A stretch of 63,799 nucleotides of DNA, counting the filler, from Vannella sp. (taxonomy: Eukaryota), in NCBI GenBank assembly GCA_023345925.1. It is 7 parts of 7 records of this genome, joined end to end, with 100 filler letters (N's around TTAATTAATTAA, not from the genome) between each part and the next. Parts side by side here need not be neighbours in the genome. Positions count along the whole stretch, not along the records: positions 1 to 8,733 come from JAJQQN010000849.1; positions 8,834 to 27,942 come from JAJQQN010001195.1; 5 more parts are not named here. One strand, 5' to 3'. The position numbers and the translations under genes are program-made. This document shows, in pieces, positions 1 to 13,400 of the stretch (positions within the stretch are counted from its first letter, which is position 1; every line of letters starts with the position of its first letter). Under the pieces are notes generated by a model. That model was not told where the DNA came from and made no database searches. It saw only the letters and a program-made list of their open reading frames with translations.

Positions 1-540
1 ACTCGGCCAATCTTGTGTGCTTCTAAGGGCATTCGGAAGCGGAAGAGGAACTTTCGCAAGGCCAAGTCAAAATCCATGTCTGAGAAGCCAATGAGGCGCA
101 CAAAGGCTTCCAGCACGGCATCCTTGTCCTCCTCACACAAAAACTCTCCCAAACGTGTTTTGTCGAGCTCAGTCTCCGAGAAGAGGAACTTGGCGATCTC
201 GTTTGGGTCATCAGAAACCAGTTCCTTCTCTAGCATCAACTCTACGCCCTACCAAAGGCTTGTCAGTCCTGGGTTGATGAGAAAATCAGTCTCTTACCTC
301 TCGGGGCTTCTGATTAAAGAGGTCGATGACCTCGCTAATTGCACTTTGGACCTCCACTGATGATTGATGGGCCACACGGAGTCCTGAGCTTCCTTCCTCC
401 ATGAGAACAGGCATTATAAAGAATGAGTCCCTCTGATGGATGTTAGATTTTAAGGACACAATGAAATGATAAAGAACTTTCCGTTCTCCGAACGGGACAA
501 TAATCGCCCTTTTCGTTCGAACTCCTTCGGCTGAATCCAT
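1..540 (-). CDS. Sec7-domain Arf guanine nucleotide exchange factor (partial, spliced; runs off the window edge, true start unresolved)
   Basis: Removing a GT-AG intron (~250-297, branch ACTGAC) gives FNQKPREGVELMLEKELVSDDPNEIAKFLF...LDKTRLGEFL...FDLALRKFLFRFRMPLEAHKIGR. This matches the Sec7 FRLPGEAQKIDR motif with the catalytic Glu retained. Confidence 0.85.
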
Positions 541-1410
541 CCACAGATAGACCGTTAGTACGAGTGGAGATGGGGTAGCTGTTGTCCAGCAATCCTTATG
601 TTTTTTGCATCGTCCACTCTTGTAAGCTAAGGAAGACCACAGATCTCCGGGGAGGGAGAAGAGTGCGCTAAACCTTAATATATATTGTTAGAGACACAAT
701 GGTGGTAGTGAGGTATTCGAACAGGTGCATGTCCTGGCCAGAGGCAGAGAGCATGAGGCAGAACGTTCCAGCTTCGTTCAGTACTACTCAGTACTCCTTC
801 TTATAGCCTTAGCCAATAAGACGGAGCCGCTTAACCAAACCTTAACTTTTTCTCAAGAACAGGTTAACCAACTGAGGGGTGATAGGAATGATTTACTTTT
901 GAAAGTTGGTCACAACTATTAATACCTGAATTTTGTCTGCAGAAACGGGGATGACCCTTGTGAGCCACCTTCTTCTAGGTTCTAATTGACAGCCTCGAAT
1001 GGGAGTGGAATCAGAGGGACATTAGAACTGGCTGGAAGCGGATGTGTTGGTTCAGTGAGGCCAAAAAACTCTCTCCATGAGTGGGGCGACCGCCAGCGCA
1101 TCTGGCACTGGAATTGATTTGTAACCTCTCCCTTTATCCTACCTTTCTCCTAAACATCCCTACACTCTGCGGTTCTTTGGGAACGTCTGAACTTCAACGC
1201 TAACAAAGTCAGCCCACAGAGGATCGCCAGAAGAGACTTGGTTGCAATCGTAATCAGGTCTCCGATATCCGGACACAGAAGAACGATCAAAACCCTCTTG
1301 TGATCTAATCTAACCTCTCCAGAGCCCGGAGTGGTCAATCCCTTTTATTCACTGGAGAAGGCTCTTCCTTCTTCCGGTCATGGCAAGTACCCTTCCATGC
1401 AGAATATGCC

Positions 1411-2442
1411 TCAAATGAAGTAGGGATTCTTCTGCCTTTTGGCCGATGAGCGAGGGGGAGCGGGTTGGACACAAGAAGGCTCGGGAGTGAATTGCTGGAG
1501 TGGGTGGAAGAGACCGAGTCCGAGTCCTCCGAATGAGTTGGATCCGAAGACCAGCAGACCACCGTTCTCTGGGAGCACTATAGAATGGAAACCTCCAGCA
1601 ACCAGGCCGGACATTCCTCTCAACATAGGCTCCTCAGATCGATTGATAGTGTTGCCTTCTATTCCTAATTGCCCTTCACTATTGTCTCCCCAGGTCCAGA
1701 CACCGTCGTTTTCATCCAGACAGAGTGTGTGATGCCATCCGCAGGCGACCTCGAGCATGGGAGGGATGTTTCCGATTTTCTGAAACTTCTTCTCATCCCC
1801 AAAAGAGTGCCTCATTTGGCCTTTGGAGTTGTCTCCAGAGGAGAAGACGCTTCCTTCCCAGTCGATGATCATCACACCTTGATAGAGGCAGGCCAGGCAT
1901 CGAAGAGGTCCTTGAGAGAGCCCTTCTACTTGGACTTTAGTCGGTTGGAGGGCGCTGTTAGTGTGACCGAGGCCTAGTTGCCCTTTCTCGTTGTCGCCCA
2001 ACACCCAGAGGGTTCCTTCTTCGTCCTCTGCCACTAGGAAGTTGAAGCCGCAAGCCACCATGGTGATTGGAGGGAGGCCTTCCACTCGTTGTGGAAGAGA
2101 AGAACGCCCCCACATCCAAAGGCCGCCTTTGGTGTCGAGGGCAGCGCTGTCATACACGCCAGCAGCCACCAGGACCATGGGAGGTACTCTTGGGACTTTG
2201 TTGAAGTAAGAAGCATCGGATTTGGAGCGACCAGCCTCCCACACACCGCCCTCTTCATCGAGAATGAGGGAGTGTTCACATCCCCAATCCACCTTAACCG
2301 GTCGAGGGCCTTTCCAGGAGACTGCTGTCGGTTTGTGTACGTTTTTCTTGTGACAGAGACCGAGTTGACCATTTCTGTTATCTCCAAACGCCAAAAGGTT
2401 CCCTTCGAGTGAGAGGAGGAGCGTGTGCCAGCCAAAAGGCAT
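1411..2442 (-). CDS. RCC1/BLIP-II repeat beta-propeller protein, intronless
   Basis: About 7 RCC1 repeats (GDNRNGQLGL, GDNEKGQLGLG, ACGWHHT, WGDNSEGQLG). Start placed at MPFGWH by comparison with the paralogous remnant at 51264. Confidence 0.9.
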   Translation of the reverse strand: MPFGWHTLLLSLEGNLLAFGDNRNGQLGLCHKKNVHKPTAVSWKGPRPVKVDWGCEHSLILDEEGGVWEAGRSKSDASYFNKVPRVPPMVLVAAGVYDSAALDTKGGLWMWGRSSLPQRVEGLPPITMVACGFNFLVAEDEEGTLWVLGDNEKGQLGLGHTNSALQPTKVQVEGLSQGPLRCLACLYQGVMIIDWEGSVFSSGDNSKGQMRHSFGDEKKFQKIGNIPPMLEVACGWHHTLCLDENDGVWTWGDNSEGQLGIEGNTINRSEEPMLRGMSGLVAGGFHSIVLPENGGLLVFGSNSFGGLGLGLFHPLQQFTPEPSCVQPAPPRSSAKRQKNPYFI

Positions 2443-2525
2443 CCAAAGAATGAATGAATGAATGCAACAATGGGAAGTCAAAATGATCATTTCCGTTCCT
2501 TTCTCCCTATTCCCAGTTTTCCTAA

Positions 2526-2599
2526 TCCATTTCATTGTTATTTTAATACCTATTCATTGGGCTCCATTTCATTGTTAATTTAATACCTATTCATTGAGC
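2526..2599. repeat. 37-bp tandem duplication upstream of the RCC1 gene
   Basis: TCCATTTCATTGTTA(T/A)TTTAATACCTATTCATTG(G/A)GC occurs twice head to tail. Confidence 0.85.
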
Positions 2600-3024
2600 T
2601 TATTAACAATTAATGAAATGGATAATTGTTCGCGAGACCATCTCGACAAAGAGAAGGGCAAAAGGAGCTCAAGGAAAGGGGAACCTTCACTGAGCGAAGG
2701 TTCTCCTGATCGGACAAGACAGGGGACACCATCCAAGGGAGGAAAAGATCCACCACATTAATGAGACCACTCCGCGAACCTGGGACTTGCTTGGTGATCA
2801 AGACGATCGGCTAACATCATCTCCTCGCTAGTTCTGCCGTTAACAATCACCAGGACGCGGTTCCGCCACTTCACAACAACCTCCACGCGACCCACCACAA
2901 GATGCCAAGAAAATGGAGCCAAAAAGGGTTCACGAAACAAATAAGATTTAAAATAAAGAGGAAAAGGCGAATTCTTGAGGAAGTTGAGGAGAAGGGGCGA
3001 AAGTGGCAGTTGTTTGGGCGCTCG

Positions 3025-4553
3025 ATGGCGACAAAGGTGAGGACGGGTTGGGGATTGCGCTCCTTGAACGACTTTGTGGCGTCTGAGATCATTGCGTTGA
3101 CTTGGAGGGGCGCTGATGATAGATTTCCTGCGCGGTGTTGGGCACGGGGGACCAAAGCGGCTTCCTCACCAAGCAAGGAGGCAACTTCAAGAACTGGAAA
3201 ACTCGCTGGTTTGTACTGAAGGGCGACACAATCTACTACTTCAAGACAAAGAAGGTAGGAACAACTCTCCTCCCCCATCCTTACCTCCCCTTCCTCGCGT
3301 GTTGACACAAGGGCACGCCCCTGCAGGACCTTGAACAAACGGGAGAAATCAAGCTTCTGTCTACCTCTTCGTGCACGCCTGAGCCAGGATCGCGAAAGGG
3401 CCGTTACCGCTTCTCTGTGGGAACGGTTAACCGCATCTTCCACATTTTCAGCGAGTCTGAGAAGGACATGCAACAGTGGGTCGAGAAGATCTCTGCCGCC
3501 ATCAATTTGGTAGGGGGAGGAGGTGGTGCTTCAACGGTATCCACGGGAGGAGCGACTACTTCAGAGACTCAGGTCACCTCTCCTCGCCCCAGCTCTACGT
3601 CTGATGCTCCAACCCCTGCTGCAGTGGCTCCTCGTAAGGAACCTCCTGTTGAGTCGAACTTGGACGCTGCCAAGCGAGCTATCCCCTTCTTGGCGGACGA
3701 GCAGTCGAAAGTACTCGAGTTCTGGTCGATCTGGCACGAGAGTGTTCCTTCTCCTACCGAGATGGAGGAGTTCGACGAAGGTATTGAGTATCAACTTGCT
3801 ATTGCTGCAGGCATGCAGAAGCTGACTTGGAGAGCTGCTGGTCCCCAAAGTGCCCTTATCCAACGGATGGTCGACTTCTTCTGGAATGTGGGCGCTCCTG
3901 AGACGGAGATTGATAAGCTGAACGAAGTTGGCGCTTCTGTCAACCCCAAGCGCATTGGATCTTGGATCGACATGTCTTCCAAGGGAGGAATGGACGGAGG
4001 ATGGTTCTTCCCCGTTGAGAACTCGACCGACCTCTCTCTCACAGCAGGTGACGCTGGTGAGTCTATTGACGCCATTCAGACCTGGGCTGTGAAGCATGAC
4101 GTCACTGTTTGCAACAGTGTTGGCCGTGACATGGGTGCTGCGCCCCCACGCCAAACGGAATTCATCTTCCACCTTCCTGGCACCGATGTCAACGCTCAGA
4201 CCCAGATGGCTCTTGATGCTGTCACTGCTTTCGGCTTCCCACCCATCAGTCCTGACGCAGAGGCTATTTTGAGGGCTTCTGTCATCCCTGAGATTGGCTT
4301 ATCGGTCATCTCTTCCTCTCAAGGCTTTGTCCGAGTGGGTATTCTCGTTCCTCGTCCTGATGAGGCCACTGTGGATAAGCTCTGCGCTATCTCTAGAGCT
4401 TCGCCAGACGGAATCCACGAACTTGAGACCGCCATCAAGTCGTCCGGTCCCCAGTTTGCGGAACTTCAGTACTTGATGGAAGGATTCGGCTACGGCGTTT
4501 ACGAGGAGGGATTTGACATCGTATTCCACTACTCCATGAGCCAAAACGCTTGA
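3025..4553 (+). CDS. PH-domain protein with an uncharacterised C-terminal domain (2 introns)
   Basis: ATG at 3025; introns 3037-3122 and ~3254-3327. The spliced product has SGFLTKQGGNFKNWKTRWFVLKGDTIYYFK...EKDMQQWVEKI (PH domain), a S/T/P-rich linker and a ~290-aa globular domain. Confidence 0.85.
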
Positions 4554-4761
4554 ATTTGAGACTGTTGAGTCCCCTCTTTGTATGTTTCGATCTGCCAAGC
4601 ACTCCAATGTATCAATGGCAATTACGCTGATGCCTCCTTTATCCTCTTCCATCGAAGGGAAGTGAGCCAATGGGAAGACGAGCAAAATGAATTGGAGAGG
4701 GAATGAGGCTCCGTCATGGGCCAGAGGACTAAGTGACCTCTTGGAGGGTCATAAGAATGTT

Positions 4762-6857
4762 TTATTCCCTTCTGCGGGCCTCTATTGGATTGCTCCAATT
4801 CCCAGAACGGTCCAAGAAGGAGACTTCAAATTGAGTTTCTTCCTCGGTGGGGAGTGAAAGGGGCAATGTGAGGTAACTGAGGAATGACCGTCCTATCCAG
4901 AGACGATTTCCTTTTTGCTTTTTGAAGACATCCACACATTGAATGGGGCGGAGAATGTGCCAGATCACTTGAAGAGATGAGGGAGTCGATAACACAGCTA
5001 CATCATTAATGCATGTGGGGTTTGGATCTGTTGGGGAGGCAGGTGAAGAGATAGAGATCATCCCTAATCTACCAAAGAGAACATTCTTCGCCACAGAGTC
5101 AGGTGCCACAGCAAGGACAGAAATACCAATGACTTCCACTGGTGGGGTGGTAAGTGAGTATTGGCTCCAGGCGTTTGGATAATCCTGCTTCTCCTCGGGA
5201 ATCCAGTACTTAGACTTTGTAGAAGCTCTTTGTTGGTAAACCCCATCCATTTGGGTGGGAATTACGATGTCTTCAGAAAGGGTATGGAGAATCAAGGAAA
5301 GGTTCAACTGGTCGTGAGAAGGCTCTTCTACAACAAAGGATACTTTCACTGAACCCCGATTGATGGGAGTTTCAAAAGTAAACAGCTTGAATTCCGCTTC
5401 ATCTCCTGGAAAGAGATCTTTTCCACACAGCTGCAGAGCTGATCCGCCCTCAAAGACGTGCTCAACGTCAAAGTCCATAGTCCAACGCATCGCATTTAGG
5501 CTTTTGATGTTGAAGAAGCGCGACGTCGGCTGTGGTTCTTGAGCCATCAAATTGTTCCAGTTCGAACTGCTCAACAGTTCTCCTTTTGAATACATCCCAC
5601 AGCCAAGTCCTTGATTGAAACTGGTGTAAAAAGGCCAGGCAGCTGGATGCATTCTCTCTCCGGATATGGAACCAATTCCCTTTTCCGGTGTGGCCGCCCA
5701 AAGAAGTTGATTTTGTCTCAGGTAAGCTTCTCTATGGCACTCTTCCCTATGGTTTTCAAAGCTCCATCCAGGAGCAAAGATTGCAGAAGAGAGACCTTTG
5801 GAAAGTGCCTTCTCCACAGCAATGTAGGACTCCAAACCTCCCAATTGTTCCTTACAACGTCCGAAAACATCTACACCTATGTAGATATCACAAAGGGTTC
5901 GATGAGGTGGACAGTTTGCGACTGATTCGTCCAACTTTTCATCGCGCCAAAAGTAATTGGTGAAGATGCTGTCACTCTTCTCAAAGAACGGAGAGTTCTT
6001 TTGGTTCAAACAGTTCTGCCAAGCAAGCTCGCCAGTATCAATGACAGAGTCGTACCACATGACTTGGGCATTAAAGTGACTTGGAAGAAGTAGATGAATG
6101 CCCTCCCTTAGTTCACTGAGGAAGAGCTGCATCTCTTGACACAGATCAGACACCATAGCTGCTTCAATGTTGATGAACCTGATTTGAAGTCAGCTGGGTC
6201 TCGGAGAGGAAATAGTGACTTGCCATCCGTCAAATCCCATGTGGAAAGCCAAGAGGATGAGAGGGAGAGTTGATTGGAAGTGATGTTCGAATGCAGTCTG
6301 TTGTTTGGTAGCAAATAGATGTGGTCCATCAGGCCAGCGTCGTAGGAGGAGAGTGTTCTCCACCATCCCAGCCTCCCATTCTGTGATAATCGTCCCCTCT
6401 CTCTGCTCTCAGCATGGAAGGGAGGCTAGAAAGATCCAAACTTACCAAGATAGGTACTCCATGCGTATGAGCTGCTTTTATCCATCCAGGAGCTTCCCTA
6501 TCGGTGAGTATAGAGGAGACGATGGCCAACTCAACACGTACTGGGCGGGGACACGCAGTGGAGCGAGAAGTAGATGAATGAATCAATGTACTGCCACCAA
6601 GAGAACGAGAAGCAATGAAACGAAGGCCCTCCCTCCAACAGAGCATCCTCCAAATAGCCGCCCATCATGTCATGACAAAGGCTCACCCGCGGATTACGGG
6701 GTACACGGTACTGGGTCACCTCCCGCACAGCTGAGCGACCATAACCCAAAGCAGCTAGCTCAGGAACATCGTCTGCTCCCTCAAAGGACGCTTTCAAAGC
6801 ATCTGCCAGAGCCCACAGCGATGTGACCGACTCCAAAGGCACAACGCGCTCCCCCAT
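4762..6857 (-). CDS. ENGASE: Endo-beta-N-acetylglucosaminidase (GH85, ENGase), multi-exon
   Basis: CHDMMGGY, WQYIDSFIYFS, GWIKAAHTHGVPILG, FDGWFINIE (catalytic Glu, restored by splicing), WYDSV, IFTNYFW, GVDVFGR, AIFAPGW. Confidence 0.92.
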
Positions 6858-7015
6858 GGCACCAAATGGCCTCTTCTGAGGCTAACTGACCGACGGCTTG
6901 GCCGCTCTGAGTCCCCTTGACCACTGGGTGAACACTTCTCCGCTCTTTGGTTGTATGGGGGAGGTGTGGACATGTTTAGGGACAGTAAGTGGTGGACACA
7001 GTCATAGGGAGTGTC

Positions 7016-8186
7016 TTAGACGTTCAGGAGAGCTTCGAACTGCTGCTGAAGCTTCTCAAGGTCCTGAGCGAACCTGTAGCCCTTCGGTTCAGCAAGGGGC
7101 GCCGTTTCTCTCCTTGTTACTCACTTGCGAATGCCTTCTGCGAGCTTGAAGTGTGCACAATCGTCTTGACACATACGCCAGCGGTACTCTGCCTCCGAAA
7201 GGATGGTCTTCTGCAGCTTGGAGGAGGATTTGGAGGCGTCTAGCTTCTTGGGCACTCCAGAGGTCATTCCTTGGATCTCTGCAAGTAGTCCAGGACTGAC
7301 AGTCAACAAGTCACAGCCCTGTGCACTGAGTTAGAGCCTAAAGAAGGTGCATTCTACAAAGGAACTCACTGCAAGCTCTAACACTTGCTCCTTGTTGCGG
7401 AAAGAAGCTCCCATAACAACTGTGCTGTAGTTGTGCGTCTTGTAGTAGTTGTAGATCTCCTGGACAGACAGAACGCCGGGATCCTCACTCGCAGCGAAGC
7501 CTTCCACTCCCTTTTGCGCCTTCCAGTAGTCAGTGATTCTTCCCACGAAGGGAGAAATGAGCGTTGCCTCTAGGAGAGCACTATTTGGTGAGATACTGCG
7601 CCTGCAGCACGAGAGAATCACCTACTTGCCTCCGCAGCAACCATGGCTTGGGTCAAGGAGAACATCAGAGTCATGTTGACGTGCATTCCTTCTTCCTTTA
7701 CAAGCATAAGTCACTTCTGAACATCCCTGCAGAAGAGAAGCGCACCTCAAGAAGGCGCCCTGCCTCAAGCCCTTCCCAAGTGGAAGCAATCTTCAAGAGC
7801 ACGCGATCCTTGTCAATACCAGCAGCTTGGTACAGAGCAAGGAGTTCCTTTCCCTTGGCTACAGTAGCTGCCGTGTTGTAGGAGAGACGAGCGTCGATCT
7901 CAGTGCTGACACGACCAGGAACGATCTTGAGGATCTCCAATCCAATGTTAACGGCGACTTTGTCCAGTGCTAGCTCAACCTGATGCGCCTTGTCTCTACC
8001 ATTCTCCTTGCCGTAACGAATAGCGTCATCAACGAGGTGTTTGTGCGCTTCCATGCTCGAAGCGGCGAGGATTAAGGACGGATTGGTGGTCGAGTCTTGC
8101 GGCTTGAACTTCTCCAACTGAGAGAAGTCTCCAGTGTCCGCCACGATCGTCGTACTTTGCTTCAAGAGCTCCAAAGAGTCCGCCAT
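7016..8186 (-). CDS. TAL1: Transaldolase, multi-exon
   Basis: [35 protein letters not shown] (Schiff-base Lys), [28 protein letters not shown]. Confidence 0.97.
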
Positions 8187-8733
8187 TGGCCCGAACCACG
8201 AGAGAATGAGCCTTTTCCTCAGCGCATTTGGTGATCATCAAGCATTCGTCTGCTTCTGTTACTCTAACAACGGAGGGCTCGCTCGACTTGGCGCTTCCGC
8301 GTCTCACTTACGCTTTCTCGCCCTTCCACCTCTCGTGATTATCGCAATGTTGCCCACACGTACTACTTCTGTGCTACCTCTGAACTGCGTAGAGAGGAGA
8401 CGACTGCACCTTCGTTCAAAAAACAGCCTCTTCAAGAGTTCAAAGAGGCGATAGGTTAAGGGGAACACCAAACGTACTCACTTGTCCAGCCCAATCACCA
8501 CGACTTCGGAGAGGCCTGCACAAGCATTCTCTCCAGCCAAAGAGAGAGGCAAACCCTCGGACTCTCCCATAATGCCCCGCCACCGGGGCTTTTCAGATCA
8601 ATAGCCCCGTTTTTCGCCAAGCCTGTTCCTCACATACGAAAGGCCAATGCGGACAAAGCCACATCGCATGTGGCATGAATAGAACAGGATCAGAAAAAAA
8701 ACGAAATTCAAGGAACTCTTCTTACGGTCCGTT

Positions 8734-8833
8734 NNNNNNNNNNNNNNNNNNNNNNNNNNNNNNNNNNNNNNNNNNNNTTAATTAATTAANNNNNNNNNNN
8801 NNNNNNNNNNNNNNNNNNNNNNNNNNNNNNNNN
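8734..8833. other. Artificial contig-joining spacer
   Basis: N-run, TTAATTAATTAA (stops in all six frames), N-run; 100 nt. Confidence 0.98.
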
Positions 8834-10409
8834 AAAACTCTGTCCCGTTCAAGTCCAGCGAAGGCGCTCTTCGGAGGCAGCCCCCATGAAGTCTCCTCCT
8901 ACACCTCCTAAAGCTCCATCTATTCTTTCCAAGAGGAAACAGATCAAAAGGCCAACCATCTCTGCCAAGAAAGTAAAACGGTGAATGGAACTCTTTCATC
9001 AGATCATGAGACTGAGTTGGGACGCCTTCTGCAAGTTTAGTAAAATGTTGCTTCAATTAGAGAGCGCAAGCCTCATTTTTTACTTCTGGCCTTCCAAGCT
9101 GCGCACCTCTCTCGATCGGGTTTGTTCGGTTATCGTGCCCACGGAAAGGAAACCTGAGAAGGGGTTTTTGCAGAGATTGTCGCTGTTTTTGATATCAAAT
9201 AGTAGCTTAAGATGTTCTTAATCGACGGTTGTGGTTTCTTATGCAACATACATCTTATGAAGGAGATTCGAGTGTTTTCCCGATTTTTTTCGGAGGCTCC
9301 TTACCGAAGCTCCTCAATCAGATAGACGTAAGAGATGCCGAATTTGTACCTTATACATTCACTAAATGAATGGTATTATCAGCGCAAACCCCATCTTCCG
9401 GAACCCAGGCAAAAGTTGTCTTTGGGATTCACCATCGCTTAGAGGCATAGCTGGGAGCAAGAGCCTTCTACTTAATCGGTGGTTGAAACCATGGAAAGTT
9501 CTCCCTATGTAGATCTCTCAAGGCACATTTTGTGTTCAAATGGAGGTAGACTTTGCGAGCCCGCACGCGCCGCCTTTGGTCCGCAAAGCTGTTCATATGG
9601 ATTAGAGGGCACTTAAAGTGAGTGCGTTAGTTGACTCCGGAGCCCCATGCAAGTGCATTCTTCTCTCAACTCTGGTGGGCCTAAAGCTAGTGCATCAATG
9701 GCCGCCCTCCATGACTACCTCGGTCGGGGCATGACCCCCAAATTTTCGCGAACGAAAGTTTTTTAAGTTCTCAGTTCTACCAAACCTTCCTTCTGGCGCA
9801 GGGAGTTGCGCTTTTAGCTCGGCACAGAATGGAAGGTAGGAAGAAGGTTGTCGTGGTAATTGCGCACTTTGTGTTCGACAGCCCCTCAACTGGACACCTC
9901 GAGGTGAACTTTTCTTTCAAGGGCTAGGTCGAAAGACCTAGCCCTCCATTTCAAGAGGGGGAGAAGGATCACGCAAGAACACACGATTATGTCGTTGTTC
10001 CCACCCATGATGTCTTTCATTTGTTCATCAGCCTCGCACACCTGTGCATGTGGTGGTGCCCGCCTCACCCCATTGCTTGAGACTAACTCCAGTCTGAAAG
10101 AGAGGGGAGAAGAACTAAAGTACACGCCTTGTAGACATCGAGCATGTCTTCTCACCCTCTCCATGCTCCCTTGTGCCGCTCATCTGCAGCAAGTCGAGTT
10201 TCTCCCGTCCCTCACCCTAGTGAAAAGAACAAGAAATCAAGCAAGTGCTTACACACCTTCCACTGTAGCAAGCATCTCCCCACGCCCAACAACTTCAAAG
10301 GAGCATCCGCCTCGGTCCCATAATTAGACTCGCGATAAATCGTCGAATTTTTTTCTGTCCTCAATTGCAAGTGGCATATTTCATCCTGTGAGTTTATGAA
10401 CAAAAGTTG

Positions 10410-13400
10410 TTATCGGATGCGCTCCGCTTTGAGACGAAGAACGTGCTGACGGCGAAGTCCCACTTGCTGCCGGCGGAGTTTAAGCATTTGTCTTTCTCGC
10501 CACTGCTTTGACCCATGAATAAGGTCTGAGGATTCAATCTCCTCATCTTCCAGTACCACATGATGAGCTAACCACTTTTCAAGAGCGGCAAGGCGCTCCA
10601 CAAGGTCCTTCATTTCTCGCTCCAGGGAGTCCATTGTGGTTTGGTATTCTGCTCCGATTGAATTGAAGGTTCCAGTAGTCTGGGATAGTATCTGACTGGC
10701 TCTCACCAAGTCACATAATCCATCAGAGATAGTTCCAGTGCTGTTTCCTGGCAACATACCCAGATGCAAGAGAACTCCATTCAGAGTCGAATGGAATCCA
10801 GCACTCAGAGCAAAAAGCACTTTGATGAAAGAGGGCTTCACTGAGACTGGGTTCTTCATCTGAGAAGATAAGAAAGAACTGATGACGGATGTGGACAGTT
10901 CTAGCGACACAGGGACCTTTTGATTTGGCGCAGGTGATTCCTTTGGTAATTGACTGTCCAGAAGCTGTAAGTCAACTTCTGACAGCTTCCGCGTATCCCT
11001 GAGCTCGTAAATGACGCAAGGTTCGTAGAAATGCTCTTGCATTGTCTCACTGAATTCTTTCGGAGGGATTTGGGATCGCTCGCCCGATAACAAAGGAACA
11101 GATTGTAGGAAATCAATTTGATCCTTCTCTGAAATGTCCGAGTTTAAGTCGATCATCTCTCCGCGTCTGGCCCAAAGATTGTCCAAGAGCTCTGAGTCAT
11201 ATTCAATGGAGGGCATGTCACAGTTGTAGGACAGAGTCGCCATGGCCTCTGTACCTTGGAGGTGCTCAAGACGGGAGTAGTGTTCCATTAGCTCAAGCAG
11301 CGCCTCCATCAGAGTGCCAACGCTCTCAGGTATAATAGGATCTACTGGGAGGGCGTTGAGATTAGCCAACATAGATTCCTGCAGCACACAAGGCTCTCCA
11401 TACAACGCACTTTGAAGAGCAACACCAAATCCAACATGCTCTGAAATCAGCTTGTGAGCCACATTGTTGGTGTGACCTTGCTGTTCGATATTGCGAAGCA
11501 AATCATTACAGCATCGAATAGAATCTAAAAGGCGCCCTTGTCTTTGCAACGCACGCATTCGAAGGACTTGCTTTTGAATCTCGCGAAGTTGGTCCATGCT
11601 GGTGTCCAAGGAAATGGGTGGGGGAGGGAGAGTTTCATGTACTAACCAAGAGTAAAGCTCTTCCTCCCTTTCAAAAATACTCAGTGTCCTGACCATGGAG
11701 TCGTAGAACATGAATTGGGAGCCGGTATGATAGTGGGTCCTCAGTTTGATATAAGAGTTAAGAGTCTCCTCTTCCAAGACATAAACAGGAGAGCGATGTT
11801 TGAATCGGAAGTGCTGCATGGCCACAACACTTGCAATCACATTTTTCGATGAGAAAAGGGCGCGGTGGACTTCATCCCCAGCGTCAAAGAGTTTGTGAAG
11901 AGAAGAACTCACTCGAATAGTGATGTTATCAAGCTTTTCACTGAGGACACTGCTAGGAATGAGTGAGTTCTTGTTCAACAGCCATTGTTGACGCATCTTG
12001 GGACGCGTCATAATTCCCTTTGCAGGAATTAGCAAGGCAGCTTCAACGAAGGGAACAGCTGCTCCTGCTACCTCCACAAGAGACTCAATTCGGCTAATGA
12101 CAGCCTGAGAGTTCTTCTTCGGCATCTCATTGAAGAGGAATCCCAAAATGCTGACGTAGAGACAAGTGCCTGAGTAAAGCATTGTTGCTAATGCAGTGTC
12201 CAAGGATAGCCTTACAAGCTCTTGACCTCCATTCATGACGACAGAGGCAAAACTAGAGGAGGGAAACAGTTGCCGATGGATGGGCACTAAAGGACAGGTT
12301 TCTGGGAGGGTTACCACCGTGGGGAATCCTGGGGCCAGATGGAGATTCATTGGGGCACCGAAAAGGTAGAACAAAGCTCCTAATTGCTCAGGACATTTGA
12401 GTTCAGCCGGTTGGAGAAGACAGAGAAGGAGTTGACTCAATACTAGGAGGGAAGCCAGGCCGCAGTCCAGCAGGAGTGCAACATCATTCGAGTGCAAAAA
12501 CAAATGAATGCAACTAATGAGAAGATAGCGACATGACCGTTGCTTGCGTTCTGGGAAGTTACATTGTCTCTTGAAAGCGTCCACAAGGAATGGCCATCCT
12601 GTTCCTGGACAAAGCAACTCGCTCATCAGCTGGACTGTTTGTTGTAAATGTGAAGAGGCTTTGGAAGATACTAGACCGTCCAAAAGACTTTGAGCTTCTC
12701 TGAGAACGCGTTTGGCTTTGTCTGTGTGAGCTGCATCGAGTACAAGAGCTGAAGGGGTGAAAAGCCCAAAGAATTGGTCCAATTTCAATTGCAAAGCTTC
12801 CTCAGGAGAGCAGTCGTCCGTCAGATTCGGATGGGTCCCTAAAGTCTTCAATGCACTTCGAACTGCAAGTGATGGAGGAAGTGACTTAATGACTGAGGCG
12901 GCTCCAAAGAGCGAGAGAAGGTTAAGTTGGTCTCGTTCATCTAAAGAACTAACAATTTGATTCATTCGGGTTTGAATGCGTTTCGCTTCTATCTTGAGCG
13001 TTTCTTTCTCTTGATGATCGGCTACTGATGCATCCTGATGAAGTTGCTTAAGTCCGTAATACTGTTGACTCAATTGGAGCAAACAGACTCCCAGCAATTG
13101 CTGATAAGGGAAGCCGCGAACTTGTTCCCCTCCTTGTTGATGTCTGTGAGTGAGTAATTGGACCTTAACAGAATCAAATCCTAAGCGAGAGAGCTCAGCC
13201 AGGAGCTGGGGAGTTGCCATCTCCTCAGACTCAAGTGCCTGGCTAACTTGGGAGGCAAACTCTTTGGAGTAAGTCTCAAGCGCAAAGAAGACTAAATCCC
13301 AGTCAACAGAATCGCACTGCTTTGTTTCATTGACTTGAGTGCACGCAAAGTCGGTCGCCTCTCGGCAATACCGAAGAGTGTCTTCATGTGGAAAGCGGCG

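Noticed and set aside
8734..8833. TTAATTAATTAA palindrome recurring six times within N runs
   Set aside because: Synthetic six-frame stop linker; neither a biological repeat nor a piggyBac TTAA site.
8834..10400. Short ORFs in the gene-poor start of contig 2
   Set aside because: No recognisable motifs or consistent exon chain.
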